Source: Deltaproteobacteria bacterium (GTDB taxonomy: Bacteria > Desulfobacterota > GWC2-55-46 > UBA9637 > GWC2-42-11). From it: a stretch of DNA of 63,032 nt. Position 1 is the first letter of the stretch, and each line of letters starts with the position of its first letter. Shown here one piece after another: positions 47,318 through 55,814 of the stretch. The notes beneath the pieces were generated by a model, which saw nothing but the letters and a program-made list of their open reading frames with translations, was not told the DNA's origin and searched no databases. The translations under genes and the position numbers were made by a program. The stretch is from positions 1 to 63,032 of the forward strand of contig JACRNI010000111.1 of NCBI GenBank assembly GCA_016234925.1. Reading direction: 5' to 3'.

Positions 47318-50050
47318 TTATTTTTCCCCTGAAGATTTTTTACCTCTTGTAAATGCGATAAGCCTATCTGTAATGCTTGCCTCTCCTGTTTTTGCAGTAT
47401 CTTCGTCTTTGCCGCTGTAGTAATAGTAGGTTCCGTGGTAGAAATCAGGGCTGGTTTCAGCTGTCAACTTATTAAGGACAACACCCATTACCTTTGCCCC
47501 AACATTTTCCATAACACTCTTTGCCCTTCTTAAAGCAGACCTCGCAACCTTTCCAACTTCGTATACCATAAATACCCCATCCACCTTGTTTCCCAGAATC
47601 ACTGCGTCTGCAACAGGCAGAACAGGCGGGACATCAAAGATTATAAGGTCATAATTCTGCGCCGTTTCTTCCATTATCTTTACAATCTTGTTTGAGTTTA
47701 AAAATTCAGAAGGCTGGGTTAAACTGGAACCGCTTGTAATTATGCTTATATTATCCATGCCGGGGGTTACTGTTATGTCTTCTACTTTAATCTTCCCCAG
47801 CATTATATCGGTTATATTCCTTACAGATTCCTGCCATGTAATATTGCCCAGTATTGCATCGCTTAAACCGGGTTCTTTCTCAATGCCAAAATATGAGTGC
47901 AGCGCAGGGTTTCTGAAATCTGCGTCTATGATAAGCACCCTCCTCCCGACCTGAGCCATAGTTATTGCAAGATTGATTGCCGTGATTGTCTTTCCTTCAT
48001 TGGGAGAGGAACTTGTAACCATCACTGTCCTTAAATTCTTCTCAGTTGTCATAAATATGACATTGGTGCGCAAAGAGCGGTAACTTTCAGAGGCAATTGA
48101 CTTTGGCATAAAATGGCTGATAAGCGTTTGATATATCCTCGTCTCCATTTTGGTCGCCGCTTTATAATTTTCTTCTAAAAACGCATTCACATCCCCTGTA
48201 TCTATGTTTGGGATGACGCCGATAACAGATGTGCCCAGAAATTCCTCAACATCCTCTATTGTGCCGATGGATGTGTCAAAGGATTCGAATATAAATGCGA
48301 ACACAAGCCCGAATATAAGCCCTATTAACAAACCCAGAACAGTGTTTAAGAGTGTTTTAGGAGGATTTTTGATACTCGCCGGCTCCAGCGCCCTTTTTAC
48401 AATAGAGACCTCCTCTACCTTTTCAGCCTCTTTGATAAGCGCCTCTTGATATTTTGTTTTTAAAAGCGAAAAGAGTTCCTGATTTATCTTTACCTCGCGT
48501 TCTATGCGGCTTAATTCAAGCGCAGTAAACGGCATAAGGGACATTCTGCTTTTAAATTTATCCATTTCAGCAGAAACTATCTCTCTCTTTTTTTGCAGGG
48601 CACTCCGTTTTGACTCCATCTGGATTTTAATCTCTGCCCGCACATTTGCTATCTTTGCGTCCAGTTCTTTTACCTGCGGATGCGCAGGAAGGAGGCTTAT
48701 CAAGAGGTTATTCCTCTCCAGATAAAGTTCGCTTAATTTTACGTTCAACTTTGAGATATCTGCATCAACATCAGTGAACAGTCTTACAAGTGAAGGGCTT
48801 TCCTGTTCTTTTGTTTTAATCTCAACGGATTCTGGTTTTGCAATCGGTTTTTCTGAAACATTTACTGTCTCTGCTGTCCTGACAGGCGGTTTTGCAGCAT
48901 CCTTTGGCATAGGGATCCACTCTTCGCCAGTAATCTTTATGTCTCCGCCTCTCTCCTCAAGATGCAGTTTCTTTAATCCTGTTTCATTTAAATTTTCACC
49001 GATATAATGCTGTATAAATGATGCAACAATAACATTGTTAGATTTTTTTGTTGTCTCTATCTCTTTTATGGAGATAGTTCTTGGAGAATTTATCTTATTT
49101 AAAGACCCTTTGTATTTCTTCCATGCATTCCAGTCCATACCCCTTGAATTGAAGGAAGTGGAATAGCAGTTCATATACGCGTCAAGGTCTTTGTTCTCCC
49201 ATCTCTCCCGCCATTTTTCAAGGAATGCCATCGCCTTCTGGTTATCTTCTTTTGCATGTCCATCTGATTGGGGTTTTGAAGGAGGTTTTGTCTTATCCAA
49301 AACAGCAGGCTGTGCTGCGGAATGCTTTAAATATCTTTCAATCTCGTTTATATTTTTGTCTAGTTTTTCCCTTTCAGTCTCAAGTTCTGAATACCTGTCA
49401 AGGGCAGCCTTCTGCTCATCTGTTATAGAAATCACATCTTTTTTCTTCTTATAGTTATTCAGCGTCTCTTCAGCATCCTTTAACTTTGCCTCCACTATCT
49501 TTAACTGCTCTTCTATAAATTTTCTTGCCTCAAATATCTGTTTGTTTCTTGTAAAGATGCTCTCTTCTCTGTACTTTTCCACAACAAGATTTGCTATTTT
49601 CTGGGCAGCCTTTGGTTCATTGGAGGATACTGTCACATTTATTATATTAGTATTGCCTTCCTGCTGGGTCTTGATTTGATTCTGCAGTTCAGAAAGCGCC
49701 TTTACATATTTTTCTGCGGCATATATCTGTTCAGGAGCGGCATCCTTTGGTATCATCCCCATCTCTTTTGCCACCCTTTCTAAAACAGGGAAACTCTTGA
49801 TTATGATTGTCTGTGTAGCAAGACTATCGCCGCTTGAAACTGAAAACACCTCAACAAACATGCCTGTTAAACTCGTTGCCCGCTCTATCCTTACGCTTGC
49901 GGCGGCTTCGTAAACAGACTTTGGTCTCTGAATAAGCGTAATTGCAAAAGTCAGGACAGAAATAAGAACAGTGGTAAGGATAATAATATTCCGCCTTTTT
50001 CTTATTATTCTCCAATAATCCCGTATGTTTAATTCATAGTGTTGTGGCAT
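47318..50050 (-). CDS. wzc: Polysaccharide co-polymerase / BY-tyrosine autokinase (Wzc-like) with an inserted NTF2-like domain
   Basis: 910 aa. N-terminal Wzz motif and TM. Walker A SSSPNEGKTITAINLA, then IIDADFRNP. C-terminal Tyr cluster YHGTYYYYSG. Extra domain at about aa 270-378 (FLEKWRERWENKDLDAYMNCYS...). Confidence 0.85.
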   Translation of the reverse strand: MPQHYELNIRDYWRIIRKRRNIIILTTVLISVLTFAITLIQRPKSVYEAAASVRIERATSLTGMFVEVFSVSSGDSLATQTIIIKSFPVLERVAKEMGMIPKDAAPEQIYAAEKYVKALSELQNQIKTQQEGNTNIINVTVSSNEPKAAQKIANLVVEKYREESIFTRNKQIFEARKFIEEQLKIVEAKLKDAEETLNNYKKKKDVISITDEQKAALDRYSELETEREKLDKNINEIERYLKHSAAQPAVLDKTKPPSKPQSDGHAKEDNQKAMAFLEKWRERWENKDLDAYMNCYSTSFNSRGMDWNAWKKYKGSLNKINSPRTISIKEIETTKKSNNVIVASFIQHYIGENLNETGLKKLHLEERGGDIKITGEEWIPMPKDAAKPPVRTAETVNVSEKPIAKPESVEIKTKEQESPSLVRLFTDVDADISKLNVKLSELYLERNNLLISLLPAHPQVKELDAKIANVRAEIKIQMESKRSALQKKREIVSAEMDKFKSRMSLMPFTALELSRIEREVKINQELFSLLKTKYQEALIKEAEKVEEVSIVKRALEPASIKNPPKTLLNTVLGLLIGLIFGLVFAFIFESFDTSIGTIEDVEEFLGTSVIGVIPNIDTGDVNAFLEENYKAATKMETRIYQTLISHFMPKSIASESYRSLRTNVIFMTTEKNLRTVMVTSSSPNEGKTITAINLAITMAQVGRRVLIIDADFRNPALHSYFGIEKEPGLSDAILGNITWQESVRNITDIMLGKIKVEDITVTPGMDNISIITSGSSLTQPSEFLNSNKIVKIMEETAQNYDLIIFDVPPVLPVADAVILGNKVDGVFMVYEVGKVARSALRRAKSVMENVGAKVMGVVLNKLTAETSPDFYHGTYYYYSGKDEDTAKTGEASITDRLIAFTRGKKSSGEK

Positions 50051-50053
50051 AAT

Positions 50054-52270
50054 CTATTCACCGCTTGTAACTTGGTTTATTGCCCTTGCGCCAACAAAAG
50101 GCAGTATTATGAATTCAAGCGTCGGCCGTATCTTTGCAAGGAATGCATTCCAGTTGGCAATCTTTGTCTTTGGTATATATATAATATCGTTTTTCTGCAA
50201 GGTTATATCTTTGCTTATATCACCCTTTTCAAACAGGGCTCCGACATCTGTCGCAACTATCTGCGGCTTATCAAGACCGCCCCTGATTACCCTTATTTCG
50301 TCAATAAGCGCCTCTTCTTTATATCCCTTTGCCATGCCTATCGCCTGCACAAGTGTGAGTCCTTGTTTCAGTTTATAGGCGCCCGGATTTTGAACCTCGC
50401 CAAAGATAAAGACATTGCTTTCCTCAATATCGGTTTTTGCCGGGATATAGATTGCTTCTCCTGCGTCAATGATAATATCCTGTGATATCTCGCCGCCAAA
50501 CATAACATGAAAGAGATTTATCTTCTTTATCCTGCCCTCTGCTGATGTAATCTGGACATTTTCCAGATCCGCATCTTTTGAAAAACCGCCCGCAGATGTT
50601 ATCAACTTGGAAAGTATTGTCTTGCCTTTAAGCGGATAGATGCCCGGACCCGACGGCTGTCTTGTCTGTGATTGTATTGCTCCAAGAAGTGTTACTGTCC
50701 TGCCTCTGTATTCCTTAACAAACACCTCAACCCGCGGCTCTTTAATATATGCTGATAGAGCCTTTTTTAATTCTGCCTCTACCTGTCTTGTTGTTAAATC
50801 ACTTGCCTTTATCTCGACAAATGTTACTGTTATAAAACCATTCGGCTTTACAGCAGTATCGTATTTCTTTGCCTCAAAACCCATCCATATTGTTACTTCC
50901 AAAACATCATCCGCAGCAACAAGGTATTCTGGAAGGCCGAATTCTGTTGTATAGGCGCTATTCTTTTCTATTGCGCCGTTGCCGGCGATTGATGGAAGGG
51001 CATTAAAAAGAAGGGTTGCGCATATAAATGCAATGCTCACTTTTTTAAAATACTGGATTGGAAATAAAAAGAGATGAGACAATATCTCTCTTATCCTGTA
51101 AAGATAAAGCGCAGCAGCAGATTTATCAGCATTTGAATAGGAATCCCTCTTTGCAAGCACCCATGCAGGCGGGAACACAGTCCTGAAAATAAACGATGCT
51201 TTTTTTGCAATGCCTCTATTCATGCCCAGATGCACAAAATAACTCAAACCTGAAAACCCCTTTCCCCTTGCAGTTAAAAAGTAAAACAATTTTTCTCCAA
51301 TAGTTCTTTTTTCTGGTTTTAATCTATCCAATACCCATTCAGGGACATCAAGACCGATATTCAATCTGCATAACATTAAAATATTATATGCAAATCTATC
51401 AACCCCATAATTTTTGCTGGTTTCTATAACCTTGCGCCAGTCTATCTCAAATCCTCCCTTAATCCCCCCTTTAGTAAAGGGGGGGGAGGGGGGATTATTT
51501 ACCAAAAAAGCAATATCTGCAAAATAAGTGAGTTTCGCTGCCGAGTGCGTTACCCTCATTGCGTGTTCGCACAAATGGATTAGAAAATGATGCGGAGACA
51601 TGGACAGAACGCTGACATCTGCTATATCAACGCGCACTGCATCCTTCCATATCTCATCCATATTTATTCTTGATGCATACGGCGCGGGGATAGATGAATT
51701 CACAATATGCCAGTGCATATGAAATGATGGGTGCATCGGGTTTTTGCTCCTAAAGTCGCAGGTTGTAAGATAATTATCTCTGCCGTCAAAACTTGATAAA
51801 TCCTTTGCAAAATAACCCATATCCTCAAACACATTATTTGCCTTTTTAATATCCTCTTTTCTTATAAGCAAATCCACATCAGACATCCCCCTCAAACCAA
51901 TGTCCTTATATGTGAGTTCAGCAAGCGCAATACCTTTCATTGCCATAACATCTATGCCTTTTTCCGTAAGGGCATTAACCACTCTTTTAAATTCTCTGTA
52001 GATAAGCGTATTCTTTGCAGCAGTTGAGAGATAATCCCTTTTTAATTCATCTATAAATCTGTCAGGCAGGTTCTGCGATTTCTTCAAGACAGGATATAAC
52101 ATCTGCGATACATTATTATCCCTTGCTATTTTCAAGACCTTCGTAAAATCAACCAGACTATAGTCGTGATTTGCGGGTTGCGGGTTGGCTGATTGTTGAC
52201 TGCTGACTACTGACTGCAGGATAGAAGTAATAAACATATGCTCATTTGATTTTTTAGTAATCTTTTGCAT
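50054..52270 (-). CDS. Fusion: NTP_transf_5-like nucleotidyltransferase + TM + Wza-like polysaccharide export domains (Poly_export + SLBB)
   Basis: 738 aa. N-terminal half has GMSDVDLLIRKEDIKKANNVFEDMGY. TM at VSIAFICATLLFNALPSIAG. C-terminal half has LVAADDVLEVTIW...EPRVEVFVKEY and VFIFGEVQNPGAYKLKQGLTLVQAIGMAKG. Confidence 0.8.
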   Translation of the reverse strand: MQKITKKSNEHMFITSILQSVVSSQQSANPQPANHDYSLVDFTKVLKIARDNNVSQMLYPVLKKSQNLPDRFIDELKRDYLSTAAKNTLIYREFKRVVNALTEKGIDVMAMKGIALAELTYKDIGLRGMSDVDLLIRKEDIKKANNVFEDMGYFAKDLSSFDGRDNYLTTCDFRSKNPMHPSFHMHWHIVNSSIPAPYASRINMDEIWKDAVRVDIADVSVLSMSPHHFLIHLCEHAMRVTHSAAKLTYFADIAFLVNNPPSPPFTKGGIKGGFEIDWRKVIETSKNYGVDRFAYNILMLCRLNIGLDVPEWVLDRLKPEKRTIGEKLFYFLTARGKGFSGLSYFVHLGMNRGIAKKASFIFRTVFPPAWVLAKRDSYSNADKSAAALYLYRIREILSHLFLFPIQYFKKVSIAFICATLLFNALPSIAGNGAIEKNSAYTTEFGLPEYLVAADDVLEVTIWMGFEAKKYDTAVKPNGFITVTFVEIKASDLTTRQVEAELKKALSAYIKEPRVEVFVKEYRGRTVTLLGAIQSQTRQPSGPGIYPLKGKTILSKLITSAGGFSKDADLENVQITSAEGRIKKINLFHVMFGGEISQDIIIDAGEAIYIPAKTDIEESNVFIFGEVQNPGAYKLKQGLTLVQAIGMAKGYKEEALIDEIRVIRGGLDKPQIVATDVGALFEKGDISKDITLQKNDIIYIPKTKIANWNAFLAKIRPTLEFIILPFVGARAINQVTSGE
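51450..51496. repeat. C-run/G-run palindromic element embedded in frame in the NTase-Wza CDS
   Basis: aatcctcccttaatcccccctttagtaaaggggggggaggggggatt, translated as NPPSPPFTKGGIKGGFE. Confidence 0.75.
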
Positions 52271-52303
52271 GTAGTTTTAGTTTATCGTATTAAAAAACCA
52301 CTG

Positions 52304-53221
52304 TCAAATCAAAAACTTATCTTTTACCATCTCAAATGCCCTGTCATCAGGCAAAAAACTGAATTCAAAACAAGGGATGGAAGTTGCTATGTCTTCTACT
52401 GTCTTTAATGCAGAGGCAATTCCATCTCTATCCCAAAAAGGCGGGAATGAGTATTTTATCAACCTTGAAACTGTATCAGGAATAGATATTTTTTTCAGAC
52501 TATTTTCCGTGTCCTTTTTAAGGAAGAAGAGTCCTGCCAGAGACGCCTTTTCTGAAGATACAAACTCTGCTGTGCCGTGCCACGGCGTGCCGTAGATATA
52601 AAAAACGCCATTTTTCTTTCTTGCAGCAATCCTGTCGTCATTTAAAATATGAACGCCTTCATTCTTTTCCATGATTTTTGACATAGTGCTTTTCCCCGCG
52701 CCTGACTGCCCGATAAATAAATAGCCTTTATCTTTATGCTTAAAACCGCATGAATGAAGCAATATGCCCTGTTTTTTAGGGAGGAGGGCGATTGTTAAAA
52801 TCTGGTCAAGCGGATATGAAAATGGATTTCGTAAAATCCCGTTTCTAGCCCTGACAGTCTTTGCTAAAATTATCTCGCCCTTTTTAAAATCATTATCAAG
52901 CACAAGGCTTCGCTCAGGGCGATTATTTTTAGAAGATAAGGAAAAATTGAAGATATGCCTGCCATCTGCCTGCTCATAATTCCATATAGATGCGTCAAAT
53001 AAAGGTTTTTGCTCTGTAGGGGCTTGATTTATCAAGCCCGTTATTTCGGGTCGGATAAATCCGACCCCTACATTGGCCGTTACAGTCTCCAGAACAACAT
53101 CAGGCTCATCATCTGTCTTAAAAGGCATATACTCTTTATCCAGAGAAAAACCTTTAATATTTCCCATTGGCAGAATAGAAAAGACAATATCTGCAATCTT
53201 TAAGTTTAATCCTTCTGACAT
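52304..53221 (-). CDS. HPr-kinase-related P-loop kinase (HprK C-terminal-domain-like)
   Basis: 305 aa. LLHSCGFKHKDKGYLFIGQSGAGKSTMS ... ILNDDRIAARKKNGVFYIYGTPWHG. Confidence 0.75.
   Translation of the reverse strand: MSEGLNLKIADIVFSILPMGNIKGFSLDKEYMPFKTDDEPDVVLETVTANVGVGFIRPEITGLINQAPTEQKPLFDASIWNYEQADGRHIFNFSLSSKNNRPERSLVLDNDFKKGEIILAKTVRARNGILRNPFSYPLDQILTIALLPKKQGILLHSCGFKHKDKGYLFIGQSGAGKSTMSKIMEKNEGVHILNDDRIAARKKNGVFYIYGTPWHGTAEFVSSEKASLAGLFFLKKDTENSLKKISIPDTVSRLIKYSFPPFWDRDGIASALKTVEDIATSIPCFEFSFLPDDRAFEMVKDKFLI
53016..53071 (+). repeat. REP unit embedded in frame inside the HprK-like CDS
   Basis: gtaggggcttga-ttta-tcaagccc-gttattt-cgggtcgga-taaa-tccgacccctac, translated as VGVGFIRPEITGLINQAPT. 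An expanded copy sits in intergenic DNA at 53427..53519. Confidence 0.8.
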
Positions 53222-53267
53222 AATATTTTATGAGCCAAGTAGTGCTCTTCCAGTAGTGCTATTGCAT

Positions 53268-53414
53268 GCAGCCGCAGGCTTTATGCCTGCGAATGTCCAC
53301 GCACCCATAAAGGGTGCGGCTGCCATTTTCATATTCTTGCGGGAACAGGTCTGTAGCGTTGCCCTTTATGGGCAACGGAAATCGTTGGGGATAAACCCCA
53401 ACGCTACATAAAAC
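53268..53414 (+). repeat. 147-nt composite REP direct repeat, copy A
   Basis: Differs from copy B (54415..54561) at only two positions that I can see: gcag/gtag at the 5' end, and gtagcg/gtaacg. Confidence 0.9.
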
Positions 53415-53426
53415 TTTTATATTGTT

Positions 53427-53665
53427 GTAGGGGCTTGATTTATCAAGCCCGTTATTTCGGGTCGGATAAATCAGGATGGGTAAGGAAGAAGGTTATTTAT
53501 CCGTCCCATCGACCCCTACATTTGCCCGTTATCTTCGGGTTCAATGAATTGAACCCCTACAATCAAACCCCTATATTGATACAGCACGGTAGGTTGGGTT
53601 GATCTTTGCTCAACCCACCAATTCATGGCAATAAATCGTTGGGTTGAAAAACACAACCCAACCTC
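53427..53665. repeat. Cluster of further REP-like units
   Basis: An expanded gtagggg...cccctac unit at 53427..53519, ctac...cccctac at 53517..53561, and a gtaggttgggtt...aacccaacct unit at 53590..53665. The core of the last is repeated at 54106..54162. Confidence 0.7.
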
Positions 53666-53784
53666 AAACGGCTCTTTTGATAAAAGCCTTAAGGTTTCCT
53701 CAATTCCCTTTGTCAAATCTGGGTTCTTTTTGATCGTCCGCTTAAAGCCCTTTCAAATATTTTTCCCCAGATGAGCGTTCTCAT
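53663..53784 (-). pseudogene. Truncated, frameshifted RelE/YafQ-family toxin remnant
   Basis: The ATG overlaps the antitoxin stop (ATGA). It reads MRTLIWGKIFERAL, then after a 1-nt shift KRTIKKNPDLTKGIEETLRLLSKEPFE, then runs into REP sequence. Confidence 0.55.
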
Positions 53785-54002
53785 TTCAAAAGCTCTTTCA
53801 TAAGGTCATCCACCATACCTTTTCTTACCTCTCCCCTGACATAATCCTTCTTTGCTTCTCTGACACCCTCTGCAAGCATCTCCCGTCTCTGTTCCATCAG
53901 CCTATGCTGAATAATGTCTATGACATCCTCTTGCTGATACACAGGCAATGACTCAATTACATCCAATGCCTTTTGAAATGTTACCTTCTGTTTAGCAGGC
54001 AT
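53781..54002 (-). CDS. Small antitoxin-like protein (orphan)
   Basis: 73 aa. ALDVIESLPVYQQEDVIDIIQHRL...RGEVRKGMVDDLMKELLK is a pattern typical of type II antitoxins paired with RelE/YafQ toxins. It is followed by the toxin remnant. Confidence 0.55.
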   Translation of the reverse strand: MPAKQKVTFQKALDVIESLPVYQQEDVIDIIQHRLMEQRREMLAEGVREAKKDYVRGEVRKGMVDDLMKELLK

Positions 54003-54180
54003 TTCCTAACCTCCTTTAGTGTTTAGTGGGGACAACCCCTTATTTTCCAATCCCCCCTCACCCCCCTTTTCTAACGGGGTTTATCAGTGGCTTTATTTTA
54101 TCTTTATAAACCCAACAATTCATGGCAATAAATCGTTGGGTTGAAAAACACAACCCAACCTACCGCTCTGTTTTGCTTTC

Positions 54181-54233
54181 GTAGTGCGAAACTTTAGTTT
54201 CGCCTTTACAGCGAGGCTAAAGCCTCGCACTAC
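54181..54233 (+). repeat. REP unit abutting and overlapping the peptide-gene stop codon
   Basis: gtagtgcgaaac-ttta-gtttcgc-ctttaca-gcgaggc-taaa-gcctcgcactac. Confidence 0.85.
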
Positions 54234-54388
54234 AAAGACTTTATAAAATTGACTTCAAGGCAATTAGTACTTCTACCACTTTTCGCCGATGATGTTGTTT
54301 TGCATGCTGTCAGCACCGCCTCTTCTGGCACTAACTTTACCTCCTGAATCTCGGGCTTTTGATACACCTTCTTTTTATTTTCTTCCAT
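54230..54388 (-). CDS. Candidate RiPP precursor peptide, 52 aa (not in the ORF track)
   Basis: GGAGG lies 9 nt before the ATG at 54388. Sequence MEENKKKVYQKPEIQEVKLVPEEAVLTACKTTSSAKSGRSTNCLEVNFIKSL. YxxPxI leader-like motif and a two-Cys, Ser/Thr-rich C-terminal half. It is the first ORF downstream of the RRE-rSAM/SPASM gene on the same strand. Confidence 0.55.
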   Translation of the reverse strand: MEENKKKVYQKPEIQEVKLVPEEAVLTACKTTSSAKSGRSTNCLEVNFIKSL

Positions 54389-54414
54389 GCTTTTTCACCT
54401 CCTCAATATTAAAT

Positions 54415-54561
54415 GTAGCCGCAGGCTTTATGCCTGCGAATGTCCACGCACCCATAAAGGGTGCGGCTGCCATTTTCATATTCTTGCGGGAACAGGTCTG
54501 TAACGTTGCCCTTTATGGGCAACGGAAATCGTTGGGGATAAACCCCAACGCTACATAAAAC
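54415..54561 (+). repeat. 147-nt composite REP direct repeat, copy B
   Basis: See copy A. It contains units gtagccgc...gcggctgc and gtaacgttgccc-ttta-tgggcaacg...cgttgggg-ataa-accccaacgctac. Confidence 0.9.
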
Positions 54562-54632
54562 TCGGCTGTTCTAGCACGGTTAAAACCGTGCCTACAAAAG
54601 TGTAGGCATGAATTTATTCGTGCAATAATGTC

Positions 54633-55814
54633 CTATGTCTCTATCTCCTTTAAAACCGCCTTTGCCCTGAGATGAGCAATCTCACATACATATTCTACCA
54701 ATGCCTCTTCATTTCCATGTTCCATCATTGACCAGCCGGGACATATAGTGCAAAGATGTGCAAGATTGCATGCTGAACATTTGTTTTTCCCTTTTGCCTT
54801 GCGGGATAATATCTCAGGAAACTGATTCCATCCTGCCTTGAAAGAACCCTTTCGCAAATCATAGTTTATAAACCTGACCATATTGCATATCTGGAGATTG
54901 CCCATTGAATCTATATTAAATAAATTCTTGCCTGCGCCGCAGAAAAACAATAAATCGGGATTTCGTTCTGGTTTTTCTTCTATAAAAGATTTTTTCCACT
55001 CTTTTCTAACCTCTTCATCAGCCATCTCGATTTCAACCCCTTCTTCTGGTGTAACTCTTGTATCGCACGGACCCTTCCCTCCATCTATCCTCGGATTGAT
55101 AAGGAAATCAAACCTGAAATCCACGTCAAGACCTTTTGCAAATCTCTTCATCTCAAATATCTCGCGCCTATTTTCTTTTATAAGCACGCTTTTTAATCTA
55201 AACTGGATTTTTCTATCTCGAAAAAGAGATATTGCCTCCATACATCTGTCATAATTATCAGCAGAGCCTGTAACATTCTTATATGTCTCTCTGCTCATGC
55301 CGTAGAGGCTTATCTCCAGATAAAAAGGCTTAAACTCTTTAAGATAATCTGCAATTTCAGGGGTAATAAGCGTGCCGTTTGTAAAGATTACAATAATTAA
55401 ACCTTTTTTCTTGGCATATATATATATATCCAGAAAATCCTTGCGGGTAAACGGCTCGCCTCCTGTAAATGTAAGCCATAAGCAGCCTGCATCCGCCAGT
55501 TCATCGATTATGCGGCAGCACTCCTCAAAACTCAATTCATTGTTTTTAGAATTATCCTTGATATAGCAGTGCCTGCAGTTTAAGTTGCAGCGGCTTGTAA
55601 CCTCTATAGCGCCCTCAAGCGGAACCCTCTCGCTCTCCTTTTTAAAATGGAGACGTTTGCTGAAATCTCTGTATTTTAAATCAAGCGCTGTCCAGATGTG
55701 AGAGCCGACATCATTCAGGGTGATTGCCCTTGCCTCATCCATATCAAGAAGCACAACCTTATCCTCAATCAATTTCCATAAGATGTCATTATTTCTTGTT
55801 AATATCTGAGCCAT
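54633..55814 (-). CDS. Radical SAM/SPASM peptide-maturase-like enzyme with N-terminal PqqD-like (RRE) module
   Basis: 393 aa. N-terminus ILWKLIEDKVVLLDMDEARAITLNDVGSHIWTAL. Cluster motif CNLNCRHC. SPASM region FFCGAGKNLFNIDSMGNLQIC ... CSACNLAHLCTICPG. Overlaps the upstream gene by 16 nt. Confidence 0.8.
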   Translation of the reverse strand: MAQILTRNNDILWKLIEDKVVLLDMDEARAITLNDVGSHIWTALDLKYRDFSKRLHFKKESERVPLEGAIEVTSRCNLNCRHCYIKDNSKNNELSFEECCRIIDELADAGCLWLTFTGGEPFTRKDFLDIYIYAKKKGLIIVIFTNGTLITPEIADYLKEFKPFYLEISLYGMSRETYKNVTGSADNYDRCMEAISLFRDRKIQFRLKSVLIKENRREIFEMKRFAKGLDVDFRFDFLINPRIDGGKGPCDTRVTPEEGVEIEMADEEVRKEWKKSFIEEKPERNPDLLFFCGAGKNLFNIDSMGNLQICNMVRFINYDLRKGSFKAGWNQFPEILSRKAKGKNKCSACNLAHLCTICPGWSMMEHGNEEALVEYVCEIAHLRAKAVLKEIET

